A DNA stretch of 64,000 nucleotides from a virus, in the IMG/VR virus record IMGVR_UViG_3300036770_006511, positions 13,090 through 77,089 of that record; one strand, given 5' to 3'. The translations under genes were made by a program, and so were the position numbers. Shown one piece after another: positions 1 to 10,897 of the stretch. The notes below the pieces were generated by a model, which made no database searches, was not told the DNA's origin, and worked only from the letters and a program-made list of their open reading frames with translations. The first letter of the stretch is position 1; every line of letters starts with the position of its first letter.

Positions 1-1488
1 GATACGAGTGTCACGGAAGTACTTGAGCATTCCTTTCATCGCACCTGTTACATCACACGCAGGAAATACATCGTGTACGAGTTGAATAGAGGGGTATAGA
101 GACGAGAAGTCAAGTTTGAGGACATCCTTTGAGTATCCAACCTTTAAGAGTCGTGAGAGACCTCCTACGAAGTCTGTCTTACTTTGTTTTGCTGGAATTG
201 CAAGATTGTTCTTGTAACTCCAAGCAAGCATCAACATTTTCCACAGAGTTGCAGTTCCCATTGTAGAAACCCTCTCGTATGTTGTGGGTATCATCGCGGC
301 AAGAAGAAACGAACCCTGATTGAATTCTTTATCTACTTTAAGAGTTTCCTCCAAGTCATCCTGAAGGTAACGTTCCACAATGTCGGCTCCGTTAGTTAGA
401 AGATATGTGTCAGGGAATTTTACATCCAAATCCAAAAACTCACCCTTTTTACGATATTCTCCGTTTTTGAGATTCAACCAATATTCTTGTTTCTCGGTAT
501 ACATCTTACCAATACTGTCGTGGTTGATGTACACTCGGTCAGGTTCCTTAGCATTGATGAACTCAGAGATATACTTAAGACCTGCGGATTTAATTGATGA
601 GTTAATTGCTTGAGCACGTCTAACAGCATGGATAATGTCAATTACATTATATCCCCAAATCGAAGTCTGCATAAAATCCTCAACTTCGTTCGCAAGTTTG
701 AGCATGTTCTTTTTCTGAGAAATAGAATGTTGAGGGTGCAGAGACTTGCAGACCTTTCTAATGTCAATCCCCAAAATACGGGAACGTTCGAACAACCAAT
801 ACCAGTCGAAGTTTGCTGAGTTGTAACCCCCAATAATACTTGGTTTGAGTTCATTGATGATGTTGAAAAATTCGACAATACCCTTGACCTCATCTTCTTC
901 GTTGATACATTCGATAATCTTATTGAATCCCTTGTTGGTACGAATACCAATCATAAAGATTCTACCATCTTTGGGTTCTAACGAAGTGGTCTCCAAGTCA
1001 TATACCAATCGAGTTACGTCATCGTAATCTTCGTAACCTTTAAAGAGACGTTTTTCTTTTGAGATAAAGTATTGTTCAACGGGGGGAAGAATAAGAATCT
1101 TGTCTCGAAACTTATCACCCCAAGGGTCTGCACCACCCTCACGGAAAAATTGAATTAGATGACGATAACCCTTGAGTGATTTAACCATAAAGGTTAAACC
1201 TTTTTCCATTCTCTCATCACCGTGGGTGTCAAGTTTGGTGATAACAATACCGTGTTTGGTCATTGCCTCTTTTTGTAACCCTTTGGAATTTTGATAAAAT
1301 CCCATGTTACGAAGGTCACCAACCCAACAGAAGGGGGTAAAGGTATCTTTTCGAATCTCCTTTCCTTTACCGGGTATTTCTTTGATTTTATAAATGGAGT
1401 CTGATGCGTAGTCAAATTCACAGGCTACGATAAATTCTTCAGGGTCGTTACCCTCCAAGAATGACTTGATAGTTTCTTCGTCAATCAT
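1..1488 (-). CDS. Family B DNA polymerase, N-terminal part (runs off the left edge; not in the ORF track)
   Basis: Minus-strand spot translation from ATG at 1488 (MIDEETIKSFLEG) gives ExoI VYDLETTS, ExoII GYNSANFDW, ExoIII ERYLQDDLEET and polymerase region II LKLDFSSLYP. Confidence 0.93.
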   Translation of the reverse strand, partial: MIDEETIKSFLEGNDPEEFIVACEFDYASDSIYKIKEIPGKGKEIRKDTFTPFCWVGDLRNMGFYQNSKGLQKEAMTKHGIVITKLDTHGDERMEKGLTFMVKSLKGYRHLIQFFREGGADPWGDKFRDKILILPPVEQYFISKEKRLFKGYEDYDDVTRLVYDLETTSLEPKDGRIFMIGIRTNKGFNKIIECINEEDEVKGIVEFFNIINELKPSIIGGYNSANFDWYWLFERSRILGIDIRKVCKSLHPQHSISQKKNMLKLANEVEDFMQTSIWGYNVIDIIHAVRRAQAINSSIKSAGLKYISEFINAKEPDRVYINHDSIGKMYTEKQEYWLNLKNGEYRKKGEFLDLDVKFPDTYLLTNGADIVERYLQDDLEETLKVDKEFNQGSFLLAAMIPTTYERVSTMGTATLWKMLMLAWSYKNNLAIPAKQSKTDFVGGLSRLLKVGYSKDVLKLDFSSLYPSIQLVHDVFPACDVTGAMKGMLKYFRDTRI

Positions 1489-1588
1489 ATTTTAAAATTT
1501 TCCGAGTGACACATTATCTTCTACACAAAGTAGAGTTTGTCTTGCTCATTCAATGATAAATATAAAAGACTGTGGGGGTCTTGTCAAA

Positions 1589-1987
1589 CTAGCAACACGC
1601 TTGTTCCGAAATAAAACTATCTTCGATATTGATGTACAATTCTTCTCGTATAGGAACAATCAAACTCCCTGATTGAGTTCCGAGTAAACCACTATTCTTA
1701 ATTAGGAACTGACCTTGGTATCTTCCTGGAGTGTCGGTCTGTCTTGAGGTAAATTGATAATAGATATAATATTCAGTGGGAGCACCTGGTTCATTGGGAA
1801 TCAAACTCACAATAGAACAAGGGGCTCCCACAATTTTGGGAATTCCGGTCTTCACATCGGTCATCGAAAAGAAAATGGTTGAGAGTTCCAAAAACTCCAT
1901 AGTATCACCATAACTACTCCTACCGTCCTGAACAACCTGCATCTTCAATACAGGTAAAGTTGCGTTTTTTCTAATAAAGAATTCCAT
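1589..1987 (-). CDS. Putative virion protein, BppU-N-like beta-sandwich
   Basis: MEFFIRKNATLP start and YYQF..TDTPGRYQGQF pattern recall BppU-N-like domains; TATTTAT motif upstream. Confidence 0.45.
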   Translation of the reverse strand: MEFFIRKNATLPVLKMQVVQDGRSSYGDTMEFLELSTIFFSMTDVKTGIPKIVGAPCSIVSLIPNEPGAPTEYYIYYQFTSRQTDTPGRYQGQFLIKNSGLLGTQSGSLIVPIREELYINIEDSFISEQACC

Positions 1988-2005
1988 ACAAAGATAAATA
2001 CTTTG

Positions 2006-3676
2006 TTAGGACTCTTTTCTTAACTTTCCGTCGTAGAATTCAAATCTATCATGTTCAGTGGGTGTTGCAAAAAGTAATGCGGACTTGATATTACCCTTTT
2101 TACCTTCCTGATAAATGTAACTCATCCAAGTTTGTTCGAATGGTCTATCCCATTTGGTTGTTAGGAACATTTTTTCATTTCCGTGACGTGTTACCACTTG
2201 AGGCCAGTTACAATAATAAACCTCACCTACACCATAAGCCAAACCTTTGTACGAACGAACTTCAGTGAACTTTGTTCTTGGAGCATTTGGGTCAAGTCCC
2301 TGAACGGGTAGTGTTGGTTTTTCGGGCCAATATTCTTCCCTAATACTCTGAGGTACATTGTACCAAGACCATTGAGTTCCATTGTCTCCATAAAATTCCG
2401 TGAAATTCATCTTCAAGAAATCCAAGGATTGGTCTTTAGCAATTTGGATGACTTTGTTGTATAGATTGGGAATGTGTCTTATAAAACCATTCTTACAAGT
2501 TTCGTTCTCTCCATTGTAAAAGAACATGTCGTCTTCAAAAAACCAATAGAAGTCGAATTTGTTTTCTTGGGCGTGTTCGGCAATCCATTGTCTACCACCA
2601 CAAATACCTAAGTTATCTTTCTTGATGTGTTCGAAACCATGTTGTTCACATAATTCCAAATATCTTTCAGTTGTTGTTAAATCAGAGGAGTTGTCCAACA
2701 AAAACTTCTTTGGTCTTTCCAAGAAATTCTTATCGTAGATTTCCATAGATTTAATTAAAGTTTCAAACTGATTGGGACTATTAAATGTAATTACGTACAG
2801 AGCAGCGTTGTTGATGTTCAAATCCGAATAAGTGGTTTTCCCTGCAGTGTTTTTGATTTTGTGAGTACCGTTTTTCACATCCTCACAAAATTTACCAATC
2901 AAACCGTTAGATTCAATTTCGTAATAATCAAAAAGGTCGGGGTGTCGGTACAACAAAATACTGAAAAGAGATTCTTCAGTTCCCATGAAACCATCAGACA
3001 AAGTTTGATTCATCACATTGTAATACAAACCATTTACGTCATTAATTGCATCTTTTCTACCTCCGAAAATTCCTCCACGACAAACTAACTTTACGTGATT
3101 TCCCGCGTAGTTATTTATCTTTGGGTAACTGAACCCATGGATTTCTCTTTCAGCGTTATACGGAAAAGCAATGAAACCAAAATTGTTGAACAACTTATCA
3201 AATTTGTGATGAATTTTGTCGTGAGTAAAATAACCTGGGTGAACGGTGTTTGTAATTCCTGCGTCAATCCAAAATAAATGGGTAGAATCGAAAGAATCAA
3301 AAATTCTGGCATCATTCAGTAAAAACATTTTGGACATCACAAGTGGATTATACATTTCCAATCTTGCTTGAGTTGATTCGGGTAACCAACCTGATTGATT
3401 ATACCAATCAGGATTTGTTCTTATTTGCTGTATTCTATCGTAGAAATTACTTTTAAACCATTCTTGACTCCGAGTAATAAATTGAGTCTTCGATTTGTCT
3501 CGTCTTTGCCAAATAAAATTTTCCAAATCAGAATCACCAAAAATAATTAGATTGGCATCGATTTGTAAAAGTTGTTCGAATTTATCTAAATAGTGTTGGA
3601 AAGAACGAGACCACCCTTCTTGTAATTCATCTCGTTTTATGTTCCAAAGTCCTGTTACAAATGTTACGTTATTCAT
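2006..3676 (-). CDS. Two-domain glycosyltransferase: HtrL/WlaTC-like N-domain plus GT-A C-domain
   Basis: VTFVTGLWNI, LFWIDAG, GGIFGG and GTEES in the N-half; FYWFFEDDMFF (DxD-like) in the C-half. Confidence 0.7.
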   Translation of the reverse strand: MNNVTFVTGLWNIKRDELQEGWSRSFQHYLDKFEQLLQIDANLIIFGDSDLENFIWQRRDKSKTQFITRSQEWFKSNFYDRIQQIRTNPDWYNQSGWLPESTQARLEMYNPLVMSKMFLLNDARIFDSFDSTHLFWIDAGITNTVHPGYFTHDKIHHKFDKLFNNFGFIAFPYNAEREIHGFSYPKINNYAGNHVKLVCRGGIFGGRKDAINDVNGLYYNVMNQTLSDGFMGTEESLFSILLYRHPDLFDYYEIESNGLIGKFCEDVKNGTHKIKNTAGKTTYSDLNINNAALYVITFNSPNQFETLIKSMEIYDKNFLERPKKFLLDNSSDLTTTERYLELCEQHGFEHIKKDNLGICGGRQWIAEHAQENKFDFYWFFEDDMFFYNGENETCKNGFIRHIPNLYNKVIQIAKDQSLDFLKMNFTEFYGDNGTQWSWYNVPQSIREEYWPEKPTLPVQGLDPNAPRTKFTEVRSYKGLAYGVGEVYYCNWPQVVTRHGNEKMFLTTKWDRPFEQTWMSYIYQEGKKGNIKSALLFATPTEHDRFEFYDGKLRKES

Positions 3677-4550
3677 AAATTCTATTAAATTCTTCTAATA
3701 TTCGATAAAAACTTTTTTTATCTTGATAATATGAAATATCCAAATCTCTTGGTCCAGAGTCAGGACACCACCAAATATCGAATTCTTTAGTTTCAAACAA
3801 TTCTTTGTGATTGACCCTCATTAAGGACATTATGTGTTCTTCGTGTGGTAAACCTCTGTCTTCGGTCATTATTTTTTGTAAATAATCCTCAAAAATGTTT
3901 ACAACATTATCCCATTTTGATTTGTGTCCACCAAACATTCCACCAATGACATGACGACTTGGGTCATAATCTGTATACCACTTTCGATGGACTGTCCCTG
4001 ACCAATAATAATTTACATTTTCTTTTGCTAATAACAAAAATTTATCACCAGTATCTTCTATAACGTTTTTCAAAAACTCATTGTTGAACAAAGATGACTC
4101 ATAATATCTTCTTTCGGAACCTGTACTGTTCAAATATTTGTTGGGGATTAAACCCGTGTGAGATAAGCCAGCATCTATCCAGTAATAATAATCATATGAT
4201 TTATCCTCATTCCACCACCAATGAAACTTAGAATATTGAATCTCAACACATCTGTCACCTCTTTTTGTTTCTTCAACATTTTTCACTTCATTTATTAAAT
4301 CAAAAAATTTTGTTTTGGAAATGTCAAAAATTTCGAATTTTAATCTATTTTCATCAATATGGTGGTCAGAATAAAAAAAGTTTTTCAACAATTCGATTTC
4401 TCTTTCGGAAGTGTAACATAAAAAATCTGCGTCGGTAATTTTTAACAAGGAAAGTAAACTCCAACGGTAATGACCACCTCTTGAAGCTCTACCACCGAAT
4501 TCGGTACCTGACAAATCACTATAAATACAGGTTATAAATTTAGTTGACAT
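3669..4550 (-). CDS. HtrL/WlaTC-like glycosyltransferase
   Basis: YYWIDAG, IGGMFGG, HEEHIMS; paralogous to the N-domain of the neighbouring 556-aa gene. Confidence 0.65.
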   Translation of the reverse strand: MSTKFITCIYSDLSGTEFGGRASRGGHYRWSLLSLLKITDADFLCYTSEREIELLKNFFYSDHHIDENRLKFEIFDISKTKFFDLINEVKNVEETKRGDRCVEIQYSKFHWWWNEDKSYDYYYWIDAGLSHTGLIPNKYLNSTGSERRYYESSLFNNEFLKNVIEDTGDKFLLLAKENVNYYWSGTVHRKWYTDYDPSRHVIGGMFGGHKSKWDNVVNIFEDYLQKIMTEDRGLPHEEHIMSLMRVNHKELFETKEFDIWWCPDSGPRDLDISYYQDKKSFYRILEEFNRIYE

Positions 4551-5283
4551 CGATAGTTTCTTTAATCATTTGGTCTCTTTTTTGTTTATTTAACTCTGCG
4601 TTACAAAAAACACTTGGAATTTTAGTGGGACTAAACAAATTCCAATTGTAGGTTTGAAGATAAAAATTATTATAATTTCCTTGTGATATATCTGACCAAT
4701 CATTCCCTTGAGTACAAATGGGTACCACCGGACAGTAACTTTGATATTTTTGTACCACAAACTGAAAAGTGTAATCATCTAACGCATAATAAAAATCACC
4801 ACTCTGAAACGCAACATCGGAAATTTTAAACATTTCATCGTAAATTTTTTCATCGTAAATAATCATATTTGCCGCGTAGATATCCCTGTGATTAGGGTCT
4901 TGTTTCTCGGGAAGATTTGTTATATCTAAAAGAAGAGGATATTTTTCAGACTTGTTAACATGACGATTTAAAGTTGGTGACAAGTTCAAGACCGCATATT
5001 CAACATCTTCTATTTGAGAATTAAGTTTTTCCACAAAATCAGTTGCGTATGGCATGATTTCACAATCATCCTCCATAATCATAACTTTTTTGTAACCTCT
5101 TTCTTTTGCAATCTGAATAATTGCCAACTGAGATTTTGTAATTCCCATATATGAATTTGTGTCAATTGCTTCAAAGACTTCATAATCCCAACCCAAGTAT
5201 TCCATTTGTTTTTGGAATCGTTCTAGTCGGTCAGGTCGTCTTTTTAAATTGACAACAAATTTTGGTATATCTTGTATTCTCAT
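4540..5283 (-). CDS. GT25-family glycosyltransferase
   Basis: VVNLKRRPDRLE, FEAID and MIMEDD motifs. Confidence 0.85.
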   Translation of the reverse strand: MRIQDIPKFVVNLKRRPDRLERFQKQMEYLGWDYEVFEAIDTNSYMGITKSQLAIIQIAKERGYKKVMIMEDDCEIMPYATDFVEKLNSQIEDVEYAVLNLSPTLNRHVNKSEKYPLLLDITNLPEKQDPNHRDIYAANMIIYDEKIYDEMFKISDVAFQSGDFYYALDDYTFQFVVQKYQSYCPVVPICTQGNDWSDISQGNYNNFYLQTYNWNLFSPTKIPSVFCNAELNKQKRDQMIKETIDVN

Positions 5284-5284
5284 C

Positions 5285-6532
5285 TTACAAATTTCCCGTT
5301 AAACGGTCACACCATCCTTTTGATTCCGAGTGTGGCCAAACAACCCAATATGTTGGTTTTTGTGTGGTTTGAAATTCTCTCCAAATTTTACAATACTTAT
5401 CGGGGTCATTCATCATACGATTGATTTCTGCCTTATCCGCATCTTTTCTGAACAAAGTACTATCATCTGACCCGTGGAAAGCAACCACCCAAAAGTCATA
5501 ATCTTTTTCGGGAACACTTGCATAACCAACATCAATACAATGTTTAAACACTTGTGCAAAATCTTTTTTCCAATCCTCTTCAGTTTCATAATTGTAAGGA
5601 TTCGGTGGGTAGTGTTTATCTAACGTATATTGTTGAACTGCACGATTTTCAAAAAGAATTCCTGCATATTTTTCGTAATCTCTAAGAGTTCTTTCAGTAC
5701 CGAAACCAAATGGACCATCATGACCCTCTTGAGTTTCACCATCCATCCCAAAAAGTTTTCTATTAGTAAGGTGTGATTTGTTATTTTTATCCACCCATTG
5801 TTTGTCATCGTCCCATTGTTTGGTTCTACCCTTTCGTGTATATTCGTGCCAAATCAAAACTTTATGGGGGTGAAATAAATCGTAACCCCAAGTATATGCT
5901 CTCGCAGCGATTGAGATTTCTTCACCGTGGAAATAGTATTCAGGATTATGTTGAACTTCAGTAGAAAACTGACCAACAGTGAATGCGTAGTGAGCTGAAT
6001 AAAATCTTGCGGGAATAGGCTCTTTCAGTTCCTTCCAACCAGGAATAGTTTCAGGTAGAAAGAAAACAGCTCCTTCAGGAATAAAACGGTCAAATACCAT
6101 TCTCCACGGTTCCTGAACTCTACCAGCGGGGTCGTTATCAGGGTCAAAAGATGAAACATAACCTGTCAGCAAAGGTTTTTTATGCCCCTTCTTCTGAAGT
6201 TGTTTAATCATTTTAATCATCTCGTCATCCCAATTCGGTGCAAAACGCATGTGAGAATCGATTTGCATTGTGTATTCCTCATCCTCGTACAATTGTTGAG
6301 TCAAATTACGAGCCCAACAAACTCCCTTCGAATCTTGATAAGGTATGTCTAAAATTCTAAATCTTTTATCTTTAACAAATTCCGTCAAATCGTCAAACTT
6401 GTCTTCGGGGTGAAATTGACGAGCAATACCAAATCGTAAATTCTTAGGTCGTTTGGCATTGACAATCATATCTCTTAACGTGTGAATTAATTGCGGGTCT
6501 CTATACGAGGCAATCTGAACAAATATTTTCAT
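5285..6532 (-). CDS. GT60-family (Skp1 Gnt1 / trypanosomal polypeptide alpha-GlcNAc transferase-like) glycosyltransferase
   Basis: IFVQIASYRDPQL, GVCWARN, QIDSHMRF (DSH motif), FHGEEIS, IWHEY; ATG at 6532 (track starts at a TTG at 6535). Confidence 0.85.
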   Translation of the reverse strand: MKIFVQIASYRDPQLIHTLRDMIVNAKRPKNLRFGIARQFHPEDKFDDLTEFVKDKRFRILDIPYQDSKGVCWARNLTQQLYEDEEYTMQIDSHMRFAPNWDDEMIKMIKQLQKKGHKKPLLTGYVSSFDPDNDPAGRVQEPWRMVFDRFIPEGAVFFLPETIPGWKELKEPIPARFYSAHYAFTVGQFSTEVQHNPEYYFHGEEISIAARAYTWGYDLFHPHKVLIWHEYTRKGRTKQWDDDKQWVDKNNKSHLTNRKLFGMDGETQEGHDGPFGFGTERTLRDYEKYAGILFENRAVQQYTLDKHYPPNPYNYETEEDWKKDFAQVFKHCIDVGYASVPEKDYDFWVVAFHGSDDSTLFRKDADKAEINRMMNDPDKYCKIWREFQTTQKPTYWVVWPHSESKGWCDRLTGNL

Positions 6533-6594
6533 CAAATAATAATTTTAAACAAAAAATAAACACAACACAGATAAACTGAATAATCTTTTATAAC

Positions 6595-6619
6595 AAAAAA
6601 CCCCTCACTAAGGAGGGGT
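6595..6619 (-). terminator. Intrinsic terminator after the Thr-Pro protein block
   Basis: Minus strand ACCCCTC-CTTAGT-GAGGGGT followed by TTTTT. Confidence 0.7.
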
Positions 6620-6624
6620 CTAAT

Positions 6625-7713
6625 TTAACAAGGTTCTTCTGTAAGTATTTGTCCAGGTGAACCAATATTACTATCCACCTCGAACGCAGAACTTCCATTA
6701 CCCCACCATCCATTATTTGCTGGATTTGTAAGTGCGGTGTCAAAGTATAAAAATTCACCAACTGTTGGACCCTGTGGTTCTGTCGAACTAGAGTATAAGG
6801 TGTAGGTTGTTACACTCGTACATGCGTCAACCGCAGTACTACCCGAAGTCAGAGAATAAACCCAATACGAAATTGTTGGTGTCGGAGTTGGTGTTTCAGT
6901 TGGTGTATTTGTTGGGGTCTCCGTCGGAGTTGGTGTATTTGTTGGGGTCTCCGTCGGAGTTGGTGTACTCGTCGCAGTTCCCGTTGGGGTTGGAGTATTC
7001 GTTGGTGTTTCTGTCGGTGTTGGAGTGTTAGTTGCGGTTTGTGTTGGAGTCACACAAAGTGATATTGAAAGAACTTGTCCCGAGCTATCTAATTCTACAA
7101 CAATTCCATTATTATTATAGAAACCTGTCATGTCGATTGTTGCAGGACCCGTGGCAACGTCTACAACCGCAGTCACATCACCCCATACTAAATCATTACC
7201 ATAGACCGTAATTGTACTCGAAATTTGAGAACAAGCATCAATCAGTGTAGTACCAGTATAAACTGAGAATGGTGTTCTCGATGGTGGAGTTACTGAAGGA
7301 GTTGGTGTTGGGGATGTAGTGTTTGTTGGAGTATTAGTTGGGGTTTCTGTTGGTGTATTAGTCGGAGTTTCTGTTGGCGTGTTAGTAGGTGTCTCCGTAG
7401 GGGTATTTGTCGGAGTCTCTGTGTTAGTTGGCGTTGGTGTTGAAGTTGATGTGTTTGTTGGTGTAGGGGTCAAAGTTGGTGTGTTACTTGGAGTGGGGGT
7501 TGGGGTTACAGGAAATGGGAACGAACCCAAATCGTTAACTGTTATAATATTCTGTGAAGCAGTGCTGTAAGTACCCGTCGTCAACCAAATGTTTAAAGTT
7601 GTTCCTGGACTAATAAGAACGTCATAAACCCACATTTGGTTTGAACACTCCTGATAAGAAAACACACCGTTAGAATTGGTAGTGTTTGTCAAAATATACT
7701 TTTTACACGCCAT
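6625..7713 (-). CDS. Thr-Pro-repeat (mucin-like) putative virion protein with two Cys-bracketed modules
   Basis: Two long TPT(N/E)TP tracts between globular segments; TATTTAT upstream; no signal peptide. Confidence 0.7.
   Translation of the reverse strand: MACKKYILTNTTNSNGVFSYQECSNQMWVYDVLISPGTTLNIWLTTGTYSTASQNIITVNDLGSFPFPVTPTPTPSNTPTLTPTPTNTSTSTPTPTNTETPTNTPTETPTNTPTETPTNTPTETPTNTPTNTTSPTPTPSVTPPSRTPFSVYTGTTLIDACSQISSTITVYGNDLVWGDVTAVVDVATGPATIDMTGFYNNNGIVVELDSSGQVLSISLCVTPTQTATNTPTPTETPTNTPTPTGTATSTPTPTETPTNTPTPTETPTNTPTETPTPTPTISYWVYSLTSGSTAVDACTSVTTYTLYSSSTEPQGPTVGEFLYFDTALTNPANNGWWGNGSSAFEVDSNIGSPGQILTEEPC
6898..6967. repeat. Exact 30-bp tandem duplication inside a Thr-Pro tract
   Basis: tggtgtatttgttggggtctccgtcggagt occurs twice plus a partial copy. 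Confidence 0.9.
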
Positions 7714-7769
7714 TTTTTTTTGTTTTATTAATAAATATATTGAATTGAAGGTTTGTTTGAAAAACTCTT

Positions 7770-9593
7770 TTATGTAAGAATCAAAGTCAGGATATCGGAT
7801 GGGTATGTAAACCCAACCCCTAACGATGGGGTCACTGCTTGACCTGCGGTTTGACTTACACTACTCACAGGTACCCCATTCTTTTCCCAAGAAAGTGTGT
7901 ATGTACCTGAACCTCCAGTCGTTCCAATTATAACTTGGTCAGTTGATAAAATGTCCGACGAATAATTCGCCGAGGAGGAACCACCGGGATTTATTGGGAG
8001 TGTTGGTAAACTTGAAGAATATGTTGCTGAGTAAAGATTAATCGATACCCCGTTAGGATTATTATTAAAAATAAAAATATTACTTGTGTCAGTTGGTGAT
8101 GGTGTTGGGGTATTAGTTGGAGTCTCTGTGGTTGTTGGGGTATTAGTTGGAGTTTCTGTGTTTGTGGGCGTATTTGTTGGTGTTTCGGTTGGTGTTGAAG
8201 TTGGTGTTTCAGTTGGTGTTGAAGTTGGTGTTTCGGTTGGTGTTGAAGTTGGGGTTTCCGTATTGGTTGGAGTCATTGTAGGTGTTGATGTAGGAGTGGC
8301 GGTTGGTGTTTGGGTAATACAAAGCGACGTTGATAACTGTTGCCCATTAGTATCTACCTCAATAGTGATTCCACCAAAATTATAAAATCCTGACATGTCA
8401 ATGGTTGCAGGACCTGTCGCAACATTAATAACTGCGGTAACATCGCCCCAAACAGAATCATTACCATATACCACAATAGGCCCATTAGATTCTGCACAAG
8501 CCTCATTCAGTGTTGTACCTGAGTAAACACTAAAAGATGTTCTCGTTGGTGGTGTAGTTGTGGGTGTAGGAGTATTCGTATTAGTTGGGGTTACAGTCTG
8601 AGTTGGGGTTTGAGTTGGAGTTTGAGTGGGTGCATCAACACATCCATTTGGGTCAACAAAAATAATTTCACCTTGACCACCACTTACTTCAAAGACATAA
8701 ACACCATTAGAATAGAATCCATCACCAACAGTGTTTGTTGGTGGTGTACCGGCAGTATCATAAATAATTTCATAAATGTTTGGTCCAACTCCTCCAGATA
8801 AAGGGGCGTAAACATTGAATGGAGATGTTGAATAATTGTAACATGCATCATTAAATGTGCTACCCGACCCAACAAAATAGGTATAGAACCCGATTGTTGT
8901 TGTTGGTGTAACTGTGCTTGTGGGGGTTGGAGTACTTGTTTGTGATGCCGTATTAGTTGGAGTCTGTGTTGGTGTTTGTGTATTAGTGGGGGTTGGGGTG
9001 CTTGTTTGTGTTGCACAAATACTAAATCCTCCGATTTCTTCACCATCGTAATTGAGTTCAACAACTAATGAGTTGTAACTGTAAAATCCTGTGAGGTCAA
9101 TTGTTGAAGGTCCGGCTGGCGTGTTAAAGAACTGAATGTTTGTATCAAAATCAGCATTATCACCATAAAGTATTGTGGATGATAAACCACCGCAAGCCTC
9201 AATCGAAGTTGAACCTGTGGATACGAGGAACACGGCTCTTGTTGATGTTGCCGTTGGTGTTGGAGTTTCTGTAGGTGTACTTGTTGGTGTTTCTGTTGGT
9301 GTTGTGGTAGGCGTATTAGTCGGTGTCTCCGATGTAGTAACACTTGGTGTTGGGGTCGGAGTTGATGAAGGTGTTGGTGTGGGTGTGGGTGAAGGACCTG
9401 GAACCTCTAAAGTGTATGTATAACCATAGGTGGGAGAATAAACTTCATATTCACCAAAATAGTATGGATTCAAGTAGTTAAATGGAATTACTTGGGTACC
9501 CAAGTCAATAGTACCACCCGAAGATGGTAAATAAGTAACATTTACTGTTTGTCCACTTAAATTTTCACTTAAAATTCTTATACCTAAAGCCAT
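7770..9593 (-). CDS. Thr-Pro-repeat (mucin-like) putative virion protein with three Cys-bracketed modules
   Basis: Four Thr-Pro tracts separating five globular segments; TATTTAT upstream. Confidence 0.7.
   Translation of the reverse strand: MALGIRILSENLSGQTVNVTYLPSSGGTIDLGTQVIPFNYLNPYYFGEYEVYSPTYGYTYTLEVPGPSPTPTPTPSSTPTPTPSVTTSETPTNTPTTTPTETPTSTPTETPTPTATSTRAVFLVSTGSTSIEACGGLSSTILYGDNADFDTNIQFFNTPAGPSTIDLTGFYSYNSLVVELNYDGEEIGGFSICATQTSTPTPTNTQTPTQTPTNTASQTSTPTPTSTVTPTTTIGFYTYFVGSGSTFNDACYNYSTSPFNVYAPLSGGVGPNIYEIIYDTAGTPPTNTVGDGFYSNGVYVFEVSGGQGEIIFVDPNGCVDAPTQTPTQTPTQTVTPTNTNTPTPTTTPPTRTSFSVYSGTTLNEACAESNGPIVVYGNDSVWGDVTAVINVATGPATIDMSGFYNFGGITIEVDTNGQQLSTSLCITQTPTATPTSTPTMTPTNTETPTSTPTETPTSTPTETPTSTPTETPTNTPTNTETPTNTPTTTETPTNTPTPSPTDTSNIFIFNNNPNGVSINLYSATYSSSLPTLPINPGGSSSANYSSDILSTDQVIIGTTGGSGTYTLSWEKNGVPVSSVSQTAGQAVTPSLGVGFTYPSDILTLILT
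8176..8247. repeat. 24-bp tandem repeat x3 encoding STPTETPT
   Basis: gttggtgtttc(g/a)gttggtgttgaa x3. Confidence 0.9.
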
Positions 9594-9628
9594 AACAATA
9601 AATACTCAATATCTTCAATTAGTTTTTA

Positions 9629-10195
9629 TCAACACACACCTGTATTGATTATTAATGTACCACTAATTTGTATTATTTTTACTCCATCAGAAATTGTAAA
9701 GTTTGCACCAACTGGTGGTATTGTAAATTCTCGGTTACCATACACGTGGTCCCCGACCGTTAATTGACGAAATGGCTTTGCGGAATAGACAGTAACATTT
9801 GCTGGAAATCCACCAAATTGATTGATAGTCTGACACACATCCTGATAATATCCGCCAGTTCTTAAATTTTGTACAAAACAAGGTGAAGGTGTTGTTGAAG
9901 GTGTGACTGTGTTAGTGGGTGTTGGAGTTTGGGTTATGGGTGTGCAACTCAAACTAACTGTCGGAGTTACAGTGGGGGTTATACTTGGTGTGGGGGTTGG
10001 TGACGGACAAAGACCGTTATTGACAACTGTTAGAGGGGCTCCATACTCTTCAACAATAATGGATTGAGCACAAATATTTTCGGAAAATAAGGGTGCGATT
10101 TGTGATAAGTTTACACTACCTGTACATCCCGTCCATTTATAATAACCGTCCTGTCGGGAATTATAATTTGTTATTTTGTAGTATAAACACGACAT
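9629..10195 (-). CDS. Small Thr-Pro-repeat putative virion protein
   Basis: N-domain resembles that of 6625..7713 (MxC..Y.(I/L)TN...G....C); Thr-Pro tract; C-terminal Cys-bracketed module. Confidence 0.65.
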   Translation of the reverse strand: MSCLYYKITNYNSRQDGYYKWTGCTGSVNLSQIAPLFSENICAQSIIVEEYGAPLTVVNNGLCPSPTPTPSITPTVTPTVSLSCTPITQTPTPTNTVTPSTTPSPCFVQNLRTGGYYQDVCQTINQFGGFPANVTVYSAKPFRQLTVGDHVYGNREFTIPPVGANFTISDGVKIIQISGTLIINTGVC

Positions 10196-10210
10196 TTTTT
10201 TAAAAAAATT

Positions 10211-10882
10211 TTAATTCCAAACTTGAATGTAACCCAAGTAAGAGGTAAAATCATTTGTAGTATTACTACCCATTATTAATTTGAAATCACCACCGCCGAA
10301 TCCTGTTACATCAATTGGTGTAGATGCGTCAGATAGTGCATATCTTTTAAACTCTCCCTGACTATCACACCATCCAATTGAATAACATGCAACAGCATTC
10401 CCACCACTAAAAATTATTTCTCCGTAAATTTCCGCAGGACGATTATTTGCTTGCGAGGTATCCGTCCCTGAAACTGTAAATGTAGTTAGTGTATCCGAAC
10501 CAAATAAAACCGAAACTTGAATCTCTGGTGAACTATCATTTCCACCCCATTTTCCTGTAGTCCTAAAATGAAGAATTTTATCAACATAATTGACACTATT
10601 TGTAAAAAACTCTAACGGAAAATTTCTCGAACCAAAATTAGTTGAACCACTAAACAAATCCGCATCTTCCCCTTCAACATAATTTATAACATTTGTCCTT
10701 GAATAAATGGTTCTCATTGTTGAGCCACCCAAATTATCGGTATTACCTGAAAAGTCAGGAATGTTATTTAAAAAATTATTTCTTGAAATTTGTTTGGTAA
10801 CCCCATTATTGACAATCGCAATTACATCTTCAGTGTTTGCGGTTGTCGTTAGAGGTAATTGAGATATGGGTAAATTAGGCAT
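10211..10882 (-). CDS. Putative fibre/appendage protein
   Basis: N-terminal PISQLP...D.IAIV.NG.TKQI motif typical of phage fibre anchors; beta-rich C-domain; TATTTATA upstream. Confidence 0.55.
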   Translation of the reverse strand: MPNLPISQLPLTTTANTEDVIAIVNNGVTKQISRNNFLNNIPDFSGNTDNLGGSTMRTIYSRTNVINYVEGEDADLFSGSTNFGSRNFPLEFFTNSVNYVDKILHFRTTGKWGGNDSSPEIQVSVLFGSDTLTTFTVSGTDTSQANNRPAEIYGEIIFSGGNAVACYSIGWCDSQGEFKRYALSDASTPIDVTGFGGGDFKLIMGSNTTNDFTSYLGYIQVWN

Positions 10883-10897
10883 TTTATTTTATAAATA

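Noticed and set aside
184-1027. Small ORFs listed in the track
   Set aside because: They overlap the minus-strand DNA polymerase, which the track missed because it runs off the window
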